A stretch of DNA of 51,469 nt, taken from the NCBI GenBank assembly GCA_045863335.1, contig BTVY01000041.1, forward strand, positions 16,446 through 67,914, written 5' to 3'. Below are positions 9,629 to 17,636 of this stretch, piece after piece. This DNA comes from Candidatus Hydrogenedentota bacterium. Its GTDB lineage: Bacteria; Hydrogenedentota; Hydrogenedentia; Hydrogenedentales; SLHB01. Position numbers and translations under genes: made by a program. The notes beneath the pieces were generated by a model that saw only the letters and a list, made by a program, of their open reading frames with translations, was not told where the DNA came from and searched no databases. Position 1 is the stretch's first letter, and the number at the start of each line of letters is the position of its first letter.

Positions 9629-10549
9629 CTAAAGGAAACTGAACGTCCACCGGATTTCCAGGTTCTTGCTGCGATACATCTGCGGCACTTCAAAGGGAAA
9701 GGGCGGGAAGGGCCCGGCCCGTTCGATGGCCTCTTTGCACAAGCCAGCATACGAGGCGCTTTCGCCGGCTTCGATTACCGTCACATGGACGAGCCGCCCG
9801 TTAGGATCGATGGCGCAATCCAGGACGGCGCGTGTCGTGGAGGAACCGGAGTACCGCAATTGAATGAGCGCTTTCCAGCGGCGCTCGACCCGATCCCGCA
9901 CCTCGCGCAGGTAAGGCGCGAACTCGCTTTCCATCGCCTCAAAACTGAGAAATCCCTTCCCCTTCACGCCGCCGTCTACGCGTCCGCGCGTTAGCCCTTC
10001 CGCAGCGGGCGGATCGGTAGCGTCAGCCTTTGCCAGTTGAACGCGTTCTGGAGCCGATTCTCCGGCCTCCACCTCCGGCTCTGGAGCCGGCGGATCCTCC
10101 ACCGCCTGCAGGGCGGGCTCGGAAGCTGTGGATGGTTCCGGTTCGACTTCTGGAGCGGGTTGTTCGGGCGGGGCCGTGGGTTGTGCCGGTTGCGGGGGCT
10201 CGGGAGAAGGGTCGGGCATACGCAGCTCATCCGATTCCGCTGGATTCGGGACATAGGGCGCCGGACGCGTACCCTCCACGTCGGAGAGGTCTTGGGCCTT
10301 CGAGTTGCGTTCCGAAATGAGATCGGTCGCGGGATCCACGGGTTCTTCCGCCGGAGCCCCGCTGTCGATCAGGCGGAGCGGCCGCTCCGGTTCCTTAAAG
10401 GTCAACACCAGAGGCTCTTTCGCCGCGGTCGCCGCCCCAATCCCATTGTCCCTACTGGGACATCCGGATGGTATCGCGAAGCACACGGCGTGGACGACGG
10501 CGGCTGCCAGGATGCACCGTGTCATTCGCTTTCTGTAACTGGTGGTCAT
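9629..10549 (-). CDS. TonB/TolA-like energy transducer
   Basis: TM with conserved His (AAAVVHAV), Pro/Glu-rich linker, C-terminal Y...VRDRVERRW...IDPNGRL...AIERAGPFPPFP. Confidence 0.85.
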   Translation of the reverse strand: MTTSYRKRMTRCILAAAVVHAVCFAIPSGCPSRDNGIGAATAAKEPLVLTFKEPERPLRLIDSGAPAEEPVDPATDLISERNSKAQDLSDVEGTRPAPYVPNPAESDELRMPDPSPEPPQPAQPTAPPEQPAPEVEPEPSTASEPALQAVEDPPAPEPEVEAGESAPERVQLAKADATDPPAAEGLTRGRVDGGVKGKGFLSFEAMESEFAPYLREVRDRVERRWKALIQLRYSGSSTTRAVLDCAIDPNGRLVHVTVIEAGESASYAGLCKEAIERAGPFPPFPFEVPQMYRSKNLEIRWTFSFL

Positions 10550-10556
10550 GGGATGG

Positions 10557-10565
10557 ATTGTACCA
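10557..10565 (-). promoter_or_regulatory. Putative extended -10 (TGGTACAAT) 7 nt upstream of the TonB-like ATG
   Basis: Minus strand reads TGGTACAAT-CCATCCC-ATG; no SD. Confidence 0.5.
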
Positions 10566-10576
10566 AAAGGGGACGT

Positions 10577-10769
10577 AGACCCCCACGTGTCGGGTGACGC
10601 GGAGCGTACTTTCACTCCGGTGCCTAAACATGGTAGCCTCCTTTTGGGTCGAACTCGGCGAACCGTAAGGCGGCCGAGCGTTTGCGCGTTCCGGGGAAGA
10701 CGTCATTTACCGGATGCTCGACCTCAAAATGCGCGTGGGGGAACCTGTCAGACCAACGCGAAGGGGTCT
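10577..10769. ncRNA. Putative ~193-nt structured non-coding RNA, unassigned
   Basis: The ends pair (AGACCCCCACGTGTCGGGTGAC with GTCAGACCAACGCGAAGGGGTCT). Nested helices: 10642-52/10718-29, 10654-59/10673-78, 10690-94/10710-14, 10600-04/10615-19. Confidence 0.5.
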
Positions 10770-10797
10770 CACGCCGGCTTATCCTGAAACCGGCGTG
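10770..10797 (+). terminator. Hairpin immediately after the structured element
   Basis: CACGCCGG-N12-CCGGCGTG followed by TCTATGT (weak U-tract). Confidence 0.45.
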
Positions 10798-10826
10798 TCT
10801 ATGTCCCTGCCTGAGGAATGCTGGTG

Positions 10827-11468
10827 ATGTTTGCAATTGATGTGCAATCAGTAGTCAAACGTTACGGCGCCCGGACGGTGCTGGATGGGTTTTCCTGTGG
10901 CATCAACGGCGGCGAATGCATTGCCCTGTACGGGCCCTCCGGTTCGGGGAAGACGACGTTGCTGCGGATCATCGCTGGTCTGGAACCCCTTGACGGAGGC
11001 GCGATCCTGTTTCAGGATGGCGAATCCTCCAATGGTTCGGCTGCGGACCTGCTGGAAGAAGGCATAATCGGGTACATGCCGCAGGAGTACGCCCTCTGGC
11101 CCCACTTGCGCGCCGCGCGCCACGTCGAGTTCGTGCTCAAAAATCGCGGGCTCACGCAACAAGAGCGGCGCCAACGCGCATGCGAACTTCTTCAGGCCAC
11201 GGGGCTTGTGTCCGTTGCCCAGGCGTACCCGGCGGAACTGTCCGGCGGGGAACAACAACGGCTTGCCTTTGCGCGCGCGGTGGCCACCAACCCGAGAGTA
11301 CTGCTTCTCGACGAGCCGTTCTCGAATCTCGACAACGGTTCTCGCGAATTGATAACCAACGAACTCCTGCGCCGGAAGGAATCTGAAAAGGTGACCATCG
11401 TAATCGCGACGCATGACCCGGGGGAGACCTTTGCGGTCGCGGATCGTCGAATTGATATGGTGACTTGA
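10827..11468 (+). CDS. ABC transporter ATP-binding protein (stand-alone)
   Basis: GPSGSGKT, LSGGEQQR, LLLDEP and ATHD motifs; GAGGA is better spaced for ATG 10827 than for ATG 10818. Confidence 0.92.
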   Translation: MFAIDVQSVVKRYGARTVLDGFSCGINGGECIALYGPSGSGKTTLLRIIAGLEPLDGGAILFQDGESSNGSAADLLEEGIIGYMPQEYALWPHLRAARHVEFVLKNRGLTQQERRQRACELLQATGLVSVAQAYPAELSGGEQQRLAFARAVATNPRVLLLDEPFSNLDNGSRELITNELLRRKESEKVTIVIATHDPGETFAVADRRIDMVT

Positions 11469-11472
11469 GCGT

Positions 11473-12531
11473 TCAGATTCCTGCCAGTTCCACGCGGTTC
11501 CGCCCCAACCGTTTCGCCTCGTATAGCGCCTGGTCGGCCGCTTCCACCAATTGCGAGGGACCGGCCCATCCTGTGCCGTACGCCGCAACGCCGATGCTGG
11601 CGGTAACCGATAACTCTTGATGCTCGGTACCGCTGAAGGGGTGCGAGCGGATACGCGAACACAGCTTGTTGGCAAGCAGGGAGGCCTCATTCAAGCCGGT
11701 TTCCGGCAGAATCACGGCCATTTCTTCCCCGCCGTACCGGCAGCAGATGTCCGATCGGCGCGTGTTTTCGGTAAGCAGTTTCGCGAATTGCCTGAGGACC
11801 ATGTCGCCCGTCTGATGGCCGTAGCTGTCGTTGAGTTTCTTGAAGTGATCGATGTCAAAAAGCAGGATGGCGAAGGTGCGGCCATATCGCTTGGCCTGTT
11901 CGAACTCTTCGTCGAGGCGAAGGTCGAAATAACGCCGAACATAGAGCCCGGTCAAACCATCGGTTACAGCCATGGCGTAAAGTTGAGCGTTGCGAATAGC
12001 CATCGCAATCTGCAGTCCGAGGGATTGCAGGAGCGTGGCGTCATCCTCCGAAAAGCTGCCCCGGTCTTGCGGGTCCTCGATGCGCAATACCCCAACTGCC
12101 GCGTTCTGGGCAATCAGTGGCACGTAGGCTGCCGTCTGCCATTGGGAGTTCACGAAGACTACCCGTCGCGTATGCAGTGCTTCACCCAAGGGGTTGCCCG
12201 CCAGTGGCGTGGCCTCTTCTTTCAGTCGCTCCCGATCGATGAGATCGTCGCCGTACTTGGCGATCACCGGTTGTGCGGTCTTACCGTCTCTTTCGACCTG
12301 AAAGATGGTCAGGCGGCCCACGTCGAGCGCGCCGTGAACCACCTTGGCAATAATGGTGAAGGTCTCATTGAGATCGAGCGAGGAATTGATGGCGAGGGCG
12401 ATCTCCCGCAATGTGGAGAGATGATCGACTTCCCGGTTCAAGGCGACGTAACTCAGGTACAGCGACTCGTAATCTCGGGTGAGTTGTTCCAGACTGCCTT
12501 CGGGCATGGGCCGGTTCCTGCTGTCATCCAT
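11473..12531 (-). CDS. GAF-GGDEF diguanylate cyclase
   Basis: GAF region, then TDGLTGL, DIDHFKKLNDSYGHQTGD, RRSD I-site and RYGGEEM. Confidence 0.94.
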   Translation of the reverse strand: MDDSRNRPMPEGSLEQLTRDYESLYLSYVALNREVDHLSTLREIALAINSSLDLNETFTIIAKVVHGALDVGRLTIFQVERDGKTAQPVIAKYGDDLIDRERLKEEATPLAGNPLGEALHTRRVVFVNSQWQTAAYVPLIAQNAAVGVLRIEDPQDRGSFSEDDATLLQSLGLQIAMAIRNAQLYAMAVTDGLTGLYVRRYFDLRLDEEFEQAKRYGRTFAILLFDIDHFKKLNDSYGHQTGDMVLRQFAKLLTENTRRSDICCRYGGEEMAVILPETGLNEASLLANKLCSRIRSHPFSGTEHQELSVTASIGVAAYGTGWAGPSQLVEAADQALYEAKRLGRNRVELAGI

Positions 12532-12583
12532 CCGTTGCAGGCATCATAGCAGTTGAGACGCAGCGGCAAAACCCGGCGAATGC

Positions 12584-12613
12584 AAAAGCGGGCCACCCCA
12601 TGGGTGGCCCGCT
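12584..12613 (-). terminator. Rho-independent terminator of ferritin gene
   Basis: AGCGGGCCACCC-N3-GGGTGGCCCGCT running into TTTT on the minus strand, 26 nt after the ftnA stop. Confidence 0.8.
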
Positions 12614-12639
12614 AAAGATCTTCCATGCCGCAGGCGATC

Positions 12640-13152
12640 TTAAGTCGCGGGTGCGGAAGCCTCGGGACCGCGCGTTCCCAACTCGCGATCCATGAGAAAC
12701 AACCCTTCCGGCGAATCGCCGACCATGGAGAGACGCTGGACAATGTTATCGGCCACGGCCTCTTCTTCAACTTGCTCGGTCACGAACCACTGCAAGAAGG
12801 TGCTCGTCGCGTGGTGGGACTCCTTGTTGGCCAGGTCGACAAGTTTGTAGATCGCCTTGGTCACTTTGCGCTCATGCTCCAATGCATCCTTGAACACCGA
12901 AAGCGGCGATTTGAAATCCGCGGGCGGCTTGTCGATGGCATCCAGTACCACACGCCCGCCCACGTTGAGGATGTACTGGTAAAACTTTTGCGCGTGATCC
13001 ATTTCTTCCGCGGCCTGCATGCGCATCCAGTTGGCGAACCCATTGTAGTTCTTGAACTCGAAATAGGCCGCCATGGACGCATATGCGTATGCGGAATACA
13101 ATTCCATATTCAATTGCTTGTTAAGCGCCTTTTCCAGATTGCTGTTAATCAT
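12640..13152 (-). CDS. ftnA: Non-heme ferritin
   Basis: ALNKQLNMELYSAYAY, EEMDHA, ALEHE and FLQWFVTEQVEEE ferroxidase residues; GAAAGGA RBS. Confidence 0.95.
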   Translation of the reverse strand: MINSNLEKALNKQLNMELYSAYAYASMAAYFEFKNYNGFANWMRMQAAEEMDHAQKFYQYILNVGGRVVLDAIDKPPADFKSPLSVFKDALEHERKVTKAIYKLVDLANKESHHATSTFLQWFVTEQVEEEAVADNIVQRLSMVGDSPEGLFLMDRELGTRGPEASAPAT

Positions 13153-13323
13153 ATTCGTTCGTCCTTTCTCCATCGCCGGAAGCTGCCGTAAGATGAAGTC
13201 TCCTGCGACAGGATTGCGAGCCGGAGACATGCCTGAGATTTCCTGGCCGATCGGGAGAGGCAGGTGCCAGCGAACAAGCGGGCTGGCCTACAACAAATTG
13301 CAGACCAGCCGTATTGTTTCGCA

Positions 13324-13349
13324 TTCACTCCTGCCTAGGCAGGAATGAA
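13324..13349. repeat. Near-perfect 26-bp palindrome (core TCCTGCCTAGGCAGGA)
   Basis: Perfect 16-bp core at 13329-13344 flanked by TTCA/TGAA. Confidence 0.7.
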
Positions 13350-13454
13350 CTTGCCTTTCGTCAGAAACGCGAAGAACTGTTGGATCGGCGATAAGCCGGG
13401 TCCGATGACAGCGTATTTCGGCTTCCGGGTAAGGCATGACAAATGTTTCGACAT
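13335..13454 (-). CDS. Uncalled small protein, 39 aa (MSKHLSCLTRKPKYAVIGPGLSPIQQFFAFLTKGKFIPA)
   Basis: AGGAG RBS 7 nt before ATG 13454; TAG stop lies inside a palindrome; below the size cutoff of the ORF track. Confidence 0.55.
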   Translation of the reverse strand: MSKHLSCLTRKPKYAVIGPGLSPIQQFFAFLTKGKFIPA

Positions 13455-13602
13455 GGGGGATCTCCTGTTTGTAACTGCCCAGAAGCTATCACAATGCCCG
13501 GAAATCGATCAAGGTGACGTGTAATTGAAGGCCACGCGGTGCTTCGATACACTGCTCGTATTGGGGGGATTTGTTGCGAAACCCATTCGGGAGGGATCTA
13601 TC

Positions 13603-16251
13603 ATGCGTCGTTCGCTGGTTGTTTGCGCGTTGGTGGCTGCGGGTTGCGCCACCGTAAGCCATCCCCCGCGTGGCATACGGGAGGCTTTGAATCAGGGTCC
13701 AGAGGCCTTTCTGGACAAAGCCGTCGTGGGACCGCAAGAGGACGGCACCTACGTCGTAGCCACCACCCAGCGCATTGCCCCGGCCGGCGACACGGTCCTG
13801 TTCCCCGGCCGGCCCGTCGATCTTGCGTTGAGTCCGGATGGCGCGGTGCTGGCTGTGAAGAACAAGAACGACGTCACGTTTATCGACGCATCCGCCCGGG
13901 AAATCCGCCAAACCCTTAAGCTCCCCAGCGACGGCAACAGCTTTTGCGGCATTGCCTGGAGCCGGGACGGCAGTGTTCTCTGGAATACGGCCACCGAACA
14001 ATACCTGCGTGGCGCGACGCTGCAAGCGGACGGCACCTATGCCTGGACCATCGAAATCGTCATGCCGGGGCCGAACGGCGACAAAAACTCGAGCCCGGGT
14101 GGTTTGGCCCTTGACGAAGACGCGGGCATTGCCTATGTGGCCCTAAGCCGAAACAACAGCCTGGGTGTCGTGAACCTCGCCGAAGGCCTCATCGAAACGG
14201 AGATTCCCGTAGGTATCGCTCCGTACACCGTTGTGCTGGCCGGGGCCAAGGCGTACGTGAGCAACTGGGCGGGCCGTCGCCCAACCGATGCCGACGTTAC
14301 CGGCCCCACGTCGGGCAGCCGCACTGTGGTCGACCCGGAAACCGGTATCGTTTCTACTGGGACCGTATCCGTCGTCGATCTGTCGTTGCGCAAGGTCGTG
14401 AAAGAGATTGACGTGGATCTGCATCCCAGCGAAATGGTGCTGTCGCCCGACGGATCGCGGCTCTACGTTGCCAACGCCAATAGCGACACGGTATCCGTGA
14501 TTGACACCGCGAGCGACACGCGAGTGGACACCCTTGGGGTCAAGCCCATGGACGAACTGCCCTTCGGCAGCGCCCCGAACGCCCTTGCAGTATCGAAAGA
14601 CGGGCAAACGTTGTACGTTGCGAACGGCGCTAACAATGCCCTCGCGGTCATCGACCTGCTTTCGGGCAAACCAACGGGGTTCATTCCCACGGGATGGTAT
14701 CCAGGGTCTGTACTCTTGTCGGGTAGCACCTTGTACGTGGCGAATACCAAGGGAGTCGGTGGCCGCTTTCAGAAGACCAACGAAAACATGAAGGCCGACA
14801 TGTTCGGCAGCGGCTGGACCGGCTACAACTCCCACGATCACCTGGGGTCCGTCTCGTTTATCGCCGTGCCGGATGCGGACACGCTCGAGGCATACACCAT
14901 CGAGGTCGCTACGAACATGCGGCTGCCACGAATGAACGAGGTGATGAATCTTGAGCAGGTGGAGTCGCGGGTGACTCCCGTGCCCACGCGGCCCGGCGAG
15001 GTATCCCCGTTCAAACATGTGCTCTACATCATCAAGGAAAACCGGACCTACGACCAAGTCTTTGGAGACCTGCCGCAGGGCAACGGTGATCCCGCGCTGT
15101 GTCATTTCGGCCGAGACGTGACCCCGAACCACCACGCCCTCGCGGAGACCTTCGTGCTCCTCGACAACTTCTACTGTAACGGGGTATTGAGCGCCGACGG
15201 GCACCAGTGGACCAATGAAGGCTACGTGACGGACTACTTGGAGAAGAGCTTCGGCGATTTCTCGCGTAGCTATCCCTATGACGGGGATGACGCCATGGCC
15301 TACGCGTCCTCCGGATTCATCTGGGACTACGTGCTGCGCGCCGGTCTGTCGTTCCGCGTCTATGGGGAGTTCGTGAAGGCGGTCATCGAACCCAACGACG
15401 CCACTTGGGCGGACATCTACAGCGACTATTTGAACGGCACAAGAAACGTCAGCATTCGGGCGACTACGGAACTGCACACCCTCGAGCCGTATCTGTGCCC
15501 GACCTTCATTGGATTCCCGGGAAAGATGCAGGATGTGTATCGTGCCCAAGAGTTCATCAAGGAACTCAAGGAATTCGAGGCGCAAGGCGAACTGCCGAAC
15601 TTCATGATCATGCTATTGCCGAACGACCACACCGTAGGCACACGACCCGGCTATCCCACGCCGCGGGCCACCGTGGCTGACAACGACCTCGCGTTGGGAC
15701 GAATCGTCGAGGCGATCTCGCATAGCAAGTTCTGGCCGGAGACGGCCATCTTCGTGGTGCAGGACGATCCCCAGGCGGGGCTCGATCATGTCGACGGCCG
15801 GCGGACCGTGGCGTTCTGTATTAGCCCGTACACCAAGCGCGGCGAAGTCATCAGCACCCATTACAACCAGAGCAGCATGTTGCGCACGATGGAATTGATC
15901 CTCGGTCTACCGCCCATGAATCAGCTCGACATGGCCGCGACGCCGATGGTGGATTGTTTCACGGACGAACCCGACCTCACGCCGTATACGCATTTACCTA
16001 ACATAATCCCGCTGGACGAAATGAATCCGGAGAAGACGGCGCTTTCCGGCCTGCAGCGGTACCACGCGGAGTTGTCGCTGCAAATGCCCCTGGATGACAT
16101 TGACATGGCCGACGAAGGCACGTTCAACCGGATCGTCTGGCACTCTGTGAAGGGGTACGACACCCCTTATCCGGAATTGGCACGACGGGAGGAAGTGGGG
16201 CACAATGCCTGGCCCGGCGTGGCCGAAGATTCGGGCGAAGACGAGGATTGA
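13603..16251 (+). CDS. Lipoprotein: YVTN/YncE beta-propeller plus phosphoesterase (phospholipase C/alkaline phosphatase superfamily) domain
   Basis: GGAGGG RBS; lipobox-like VAAGC; repeated LYVAN..S.TVSVID blades; IIKENRTYDQVFGD, SADGHQW, LPNDHT, DNDLALG and DHVDGRR. Confidence 0.9.
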   Translation: MRRSLVVCALVAAGCATVSHPPRGIREALNQGPEAFLDKAVVGPQEDGTYVVATTQRIAPAGDTVLFPGRPVDLALSPDGAVLAVKNKNDVTFIDASAREIRQTLKLPSDGNSFCGIAWSRDGSVLWNTATEQYLRGATLQADGTYAWTIEIVMPGPNGDKNSSPGGLALDEDAGIAYVALSRNNSLGVVNLAEGLIETEIPVGIAPYTVVLAGAKAYVSNWAGRRPTDADVTGPTSGSRTVVDPETGIVSTGTVSVVDLSLRKVVKEIDVDLHPSEMVLSPDGSRLYVANANSDTVSVIDTASDTRVDTLGVKPMDELPFGSAPNALAVSKDGQTLYVANGANNALAVIDLLSGKPTGFIPTGWYPGSVLLSGSTLYVANTKGVGGRFQKTNENMKADMFGSGWTGYNSHDHLGSVSFIAVPDADTLEAYTIEVATNMRLPRMNEVMNLEQVESRVTPVPTRPGEVSPFKHVLYIIKENRTYDQVFGDLPQGNGDPALCHFGRDVTPNHHALAETFVLLDNFYCNGVLSADGHQWTNEGYVTDYLEKSFGDFSRSYPYDGDDAMAYASSGFIWDYVLRAGLSFRVYGEFVKAVIEPNDATWADIYSDYLNGTRNVSIRATTELHTLEPYLCPTFIGFPGKMQDVYRAQEFIKELKEFEAQGELPNFMIMLLPNDHTVGTRPGYPTPRATVADNDLALGRIVEAISHSKFWPETAIFVVQDDPQAGLDHVDGRRTVAFCISPYTKRGEVISTHYNQSSMLRTMELILGLPPMNQLDMAATPMVDCFTDEPDLTPYTHLPNIIPLDEMNPEKTALSGLQRYHAELSLQMPLDDIDMADEGTFNRIVWHSVKGYDTPYPELARREEVGHNAWPGVAEDSGEDED

Positions 16252-16254
16252 GGG

Positions 16255-16671
16255 CTAGGCATCCTCGGAAAGGTCGCGGGTTTCCCACGCGCGGAACGCG
16301 TCGAGATCCGATTGTACTTGCTTGACGATCGACGCGATCAAGGCAACATCATCGATGAATCCGCCGAGAACAAAATCGGGAATCAGATCGATCGGCGACA
16401 CGAAGTAGATCAAGGCGATGGTGATGAGGATGATTGACCCCCAAGGCACCACCGTGTACTCCCGCCGGGCGTACGCTCGCAGCAGCCGGGAAAACGACAC
16501 AACGTAGTTGTACACTTGGCGAATCGCGTTCTCGTTACGGGCAGCCTTGCGCTCCGCAGACCGGATGAGTTTCTCTGTCTGCCCCGGGTCTTGGGCGACT
16601 CTCGTCGCCAGAGCCGTCGACCGATCCACGACTTTCAGCAGCGCTTTCTCGTCCTGTTCGCCCGTACCCAT
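16255..16671 (-). CDS. DUF1232 (YkvA) family protein
   Basis: ALIYFVSPIDLIPDFVLGGFIDD; GGAGGA RBS. Confidence 0.9.
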   Translation of the reverse strand: MGTGEQDEKALLKVVDRSTALATRVAQDPGQTEKLIRSAERKAARNENAIRQVYNYVVSFSRLLRAYARREYTVVPWGSIILITIALIYFVSPIDLIPDFVLGGFIDDVALIASIVKQVQSDLDAFRAWETRDLSEDA

Positions 16672-16737
16672 ATCTCCTCCCAGGTCCGATTGCCGATCAT
16701 CCTCGGACCAACAGTGTACGCACAATCGGCGGTGATG

Positions 16738-16779
16738 AAAACACCGCGCGGGGACCGGCTTATGCCGATCCCCGCGCGG
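16738..16779 (-). terminator. Rho-independent terminator
   Basis: CCGCGCGGGGA...TCCCCGCGCGG stem followed by TGTTTT on the minus strand. Confidence 0.75.
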
Positions 16780-16811
16780 ATGCTAACTCAACCGAAATTG
16801 GCCGCCCGAAG

Positions 16812-17441
16812 CTATTCGCCGGACACCATGGACAAATACTTCGCCGGGTTGGACTTGACCTTCTTCGTGCAGCCCTTGCAGCAAAGCTCCACCAACTGGT
16901 TTGCGACCACCAGCTTCACCGGTTCACCCATGCTGCCCAGCTCTTCACCGGACACCGGGCAGGTCTTCGAGGCATACGATCCCTCCTGCGCCTTGATGAC
17001 TGCCGCGTCTACTTCGCCAATGTACTTCGCCGGGTCGCCTTCCACCTTGGACTCGCAGCCGGCACAGCAGAGCTTGACGTAACGGTTGTTGTAGACGTAG
17101 TCATTGCCTTCGCCCTCGGCAATTTCCTTGCCGCTGACGACGCACGTGTTCAGGGGATACTTATCTTTCTGCTGCTCGACGATTTCGCCGTCGAGCTTAG
17201 AAAGCACTGCCGCGGGATCCGCCTCGAACTTCCCTTTGCATCCATTGCAGCAGAACTTGATCTCGCGGCCTTCGTGAATCACCACGACCGGCTCGGCGTC
17301 TTCGGCGAACTGCTTGCCCGACATGACGCAGTGATCGAGGGGATAGGGGTCTCCCTTCACTTCATCTGCGGCGAACGCGGCGCCGGAACCCGCGACCAAT
17401 ACCAATACCAGTGCCAAGAGGCCGAAACGTTTTGTATTCAT
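16812..17441 (-). CDS. Secreted protein with three tandem YHS/TRASH-like Cys-rich repeats
   Basis: Signal peptide ending AFA; repeats YPLDHCVMSG..CCNGC, YPLNTCVVSG..CCAGC and YASKTCPVSG..CCKGC. Confidence 0.82.
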   Translation of the reverse strand: MNTKRFGLLALVLVLVAGSGAAFAADEVKGDPYPLDHCVMSGKQFAEDAEPVVVIHEGREIKFCCNGCKGKFEADPAAVLSKLDGEIVEQQKDKYPLNTCVVSGKEIAEGEGNDYVYNNRYVKLCCAGCESKVEGDPAKYIGEVDAAVIKAQEGSYASKTCPVSGEELGSMGEPVKLVVANQLVELCCKGCTKKVKSNPAKYLSMVSGE

Positions 17442-17636
17442 TTTGCACCTTCCTCCAACGGTTTCGCACGGATACCGCGTGCAGGGTCCGCTACTTACCA
17501 GTTTTTACTGCCTTGCAAGCAGTTACTATAACGCGCGTACTGCCGTCCCGTCCAGCCTGACATTTGTTTAGCCGGACATGCTGGAACGAAAACACCGCAC
17601 GCACAGGTGTTTATTCACTCTCTGCCGGATTTCATC

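Noticed and set aside
10735-10770. TPP riboswitch-like GAACCTG...GCGAAGGGG
   Set aside because: The CUGAGA element and the UAAU loop are missing, and the segment is used in the long closing stem.
13436-13453. Pho-box-like TGTC repeats upstream of the phosphoesterase
   Set aside because: Spacing is 12 bp rather than 11, and the repeats lie inside the small ORF.
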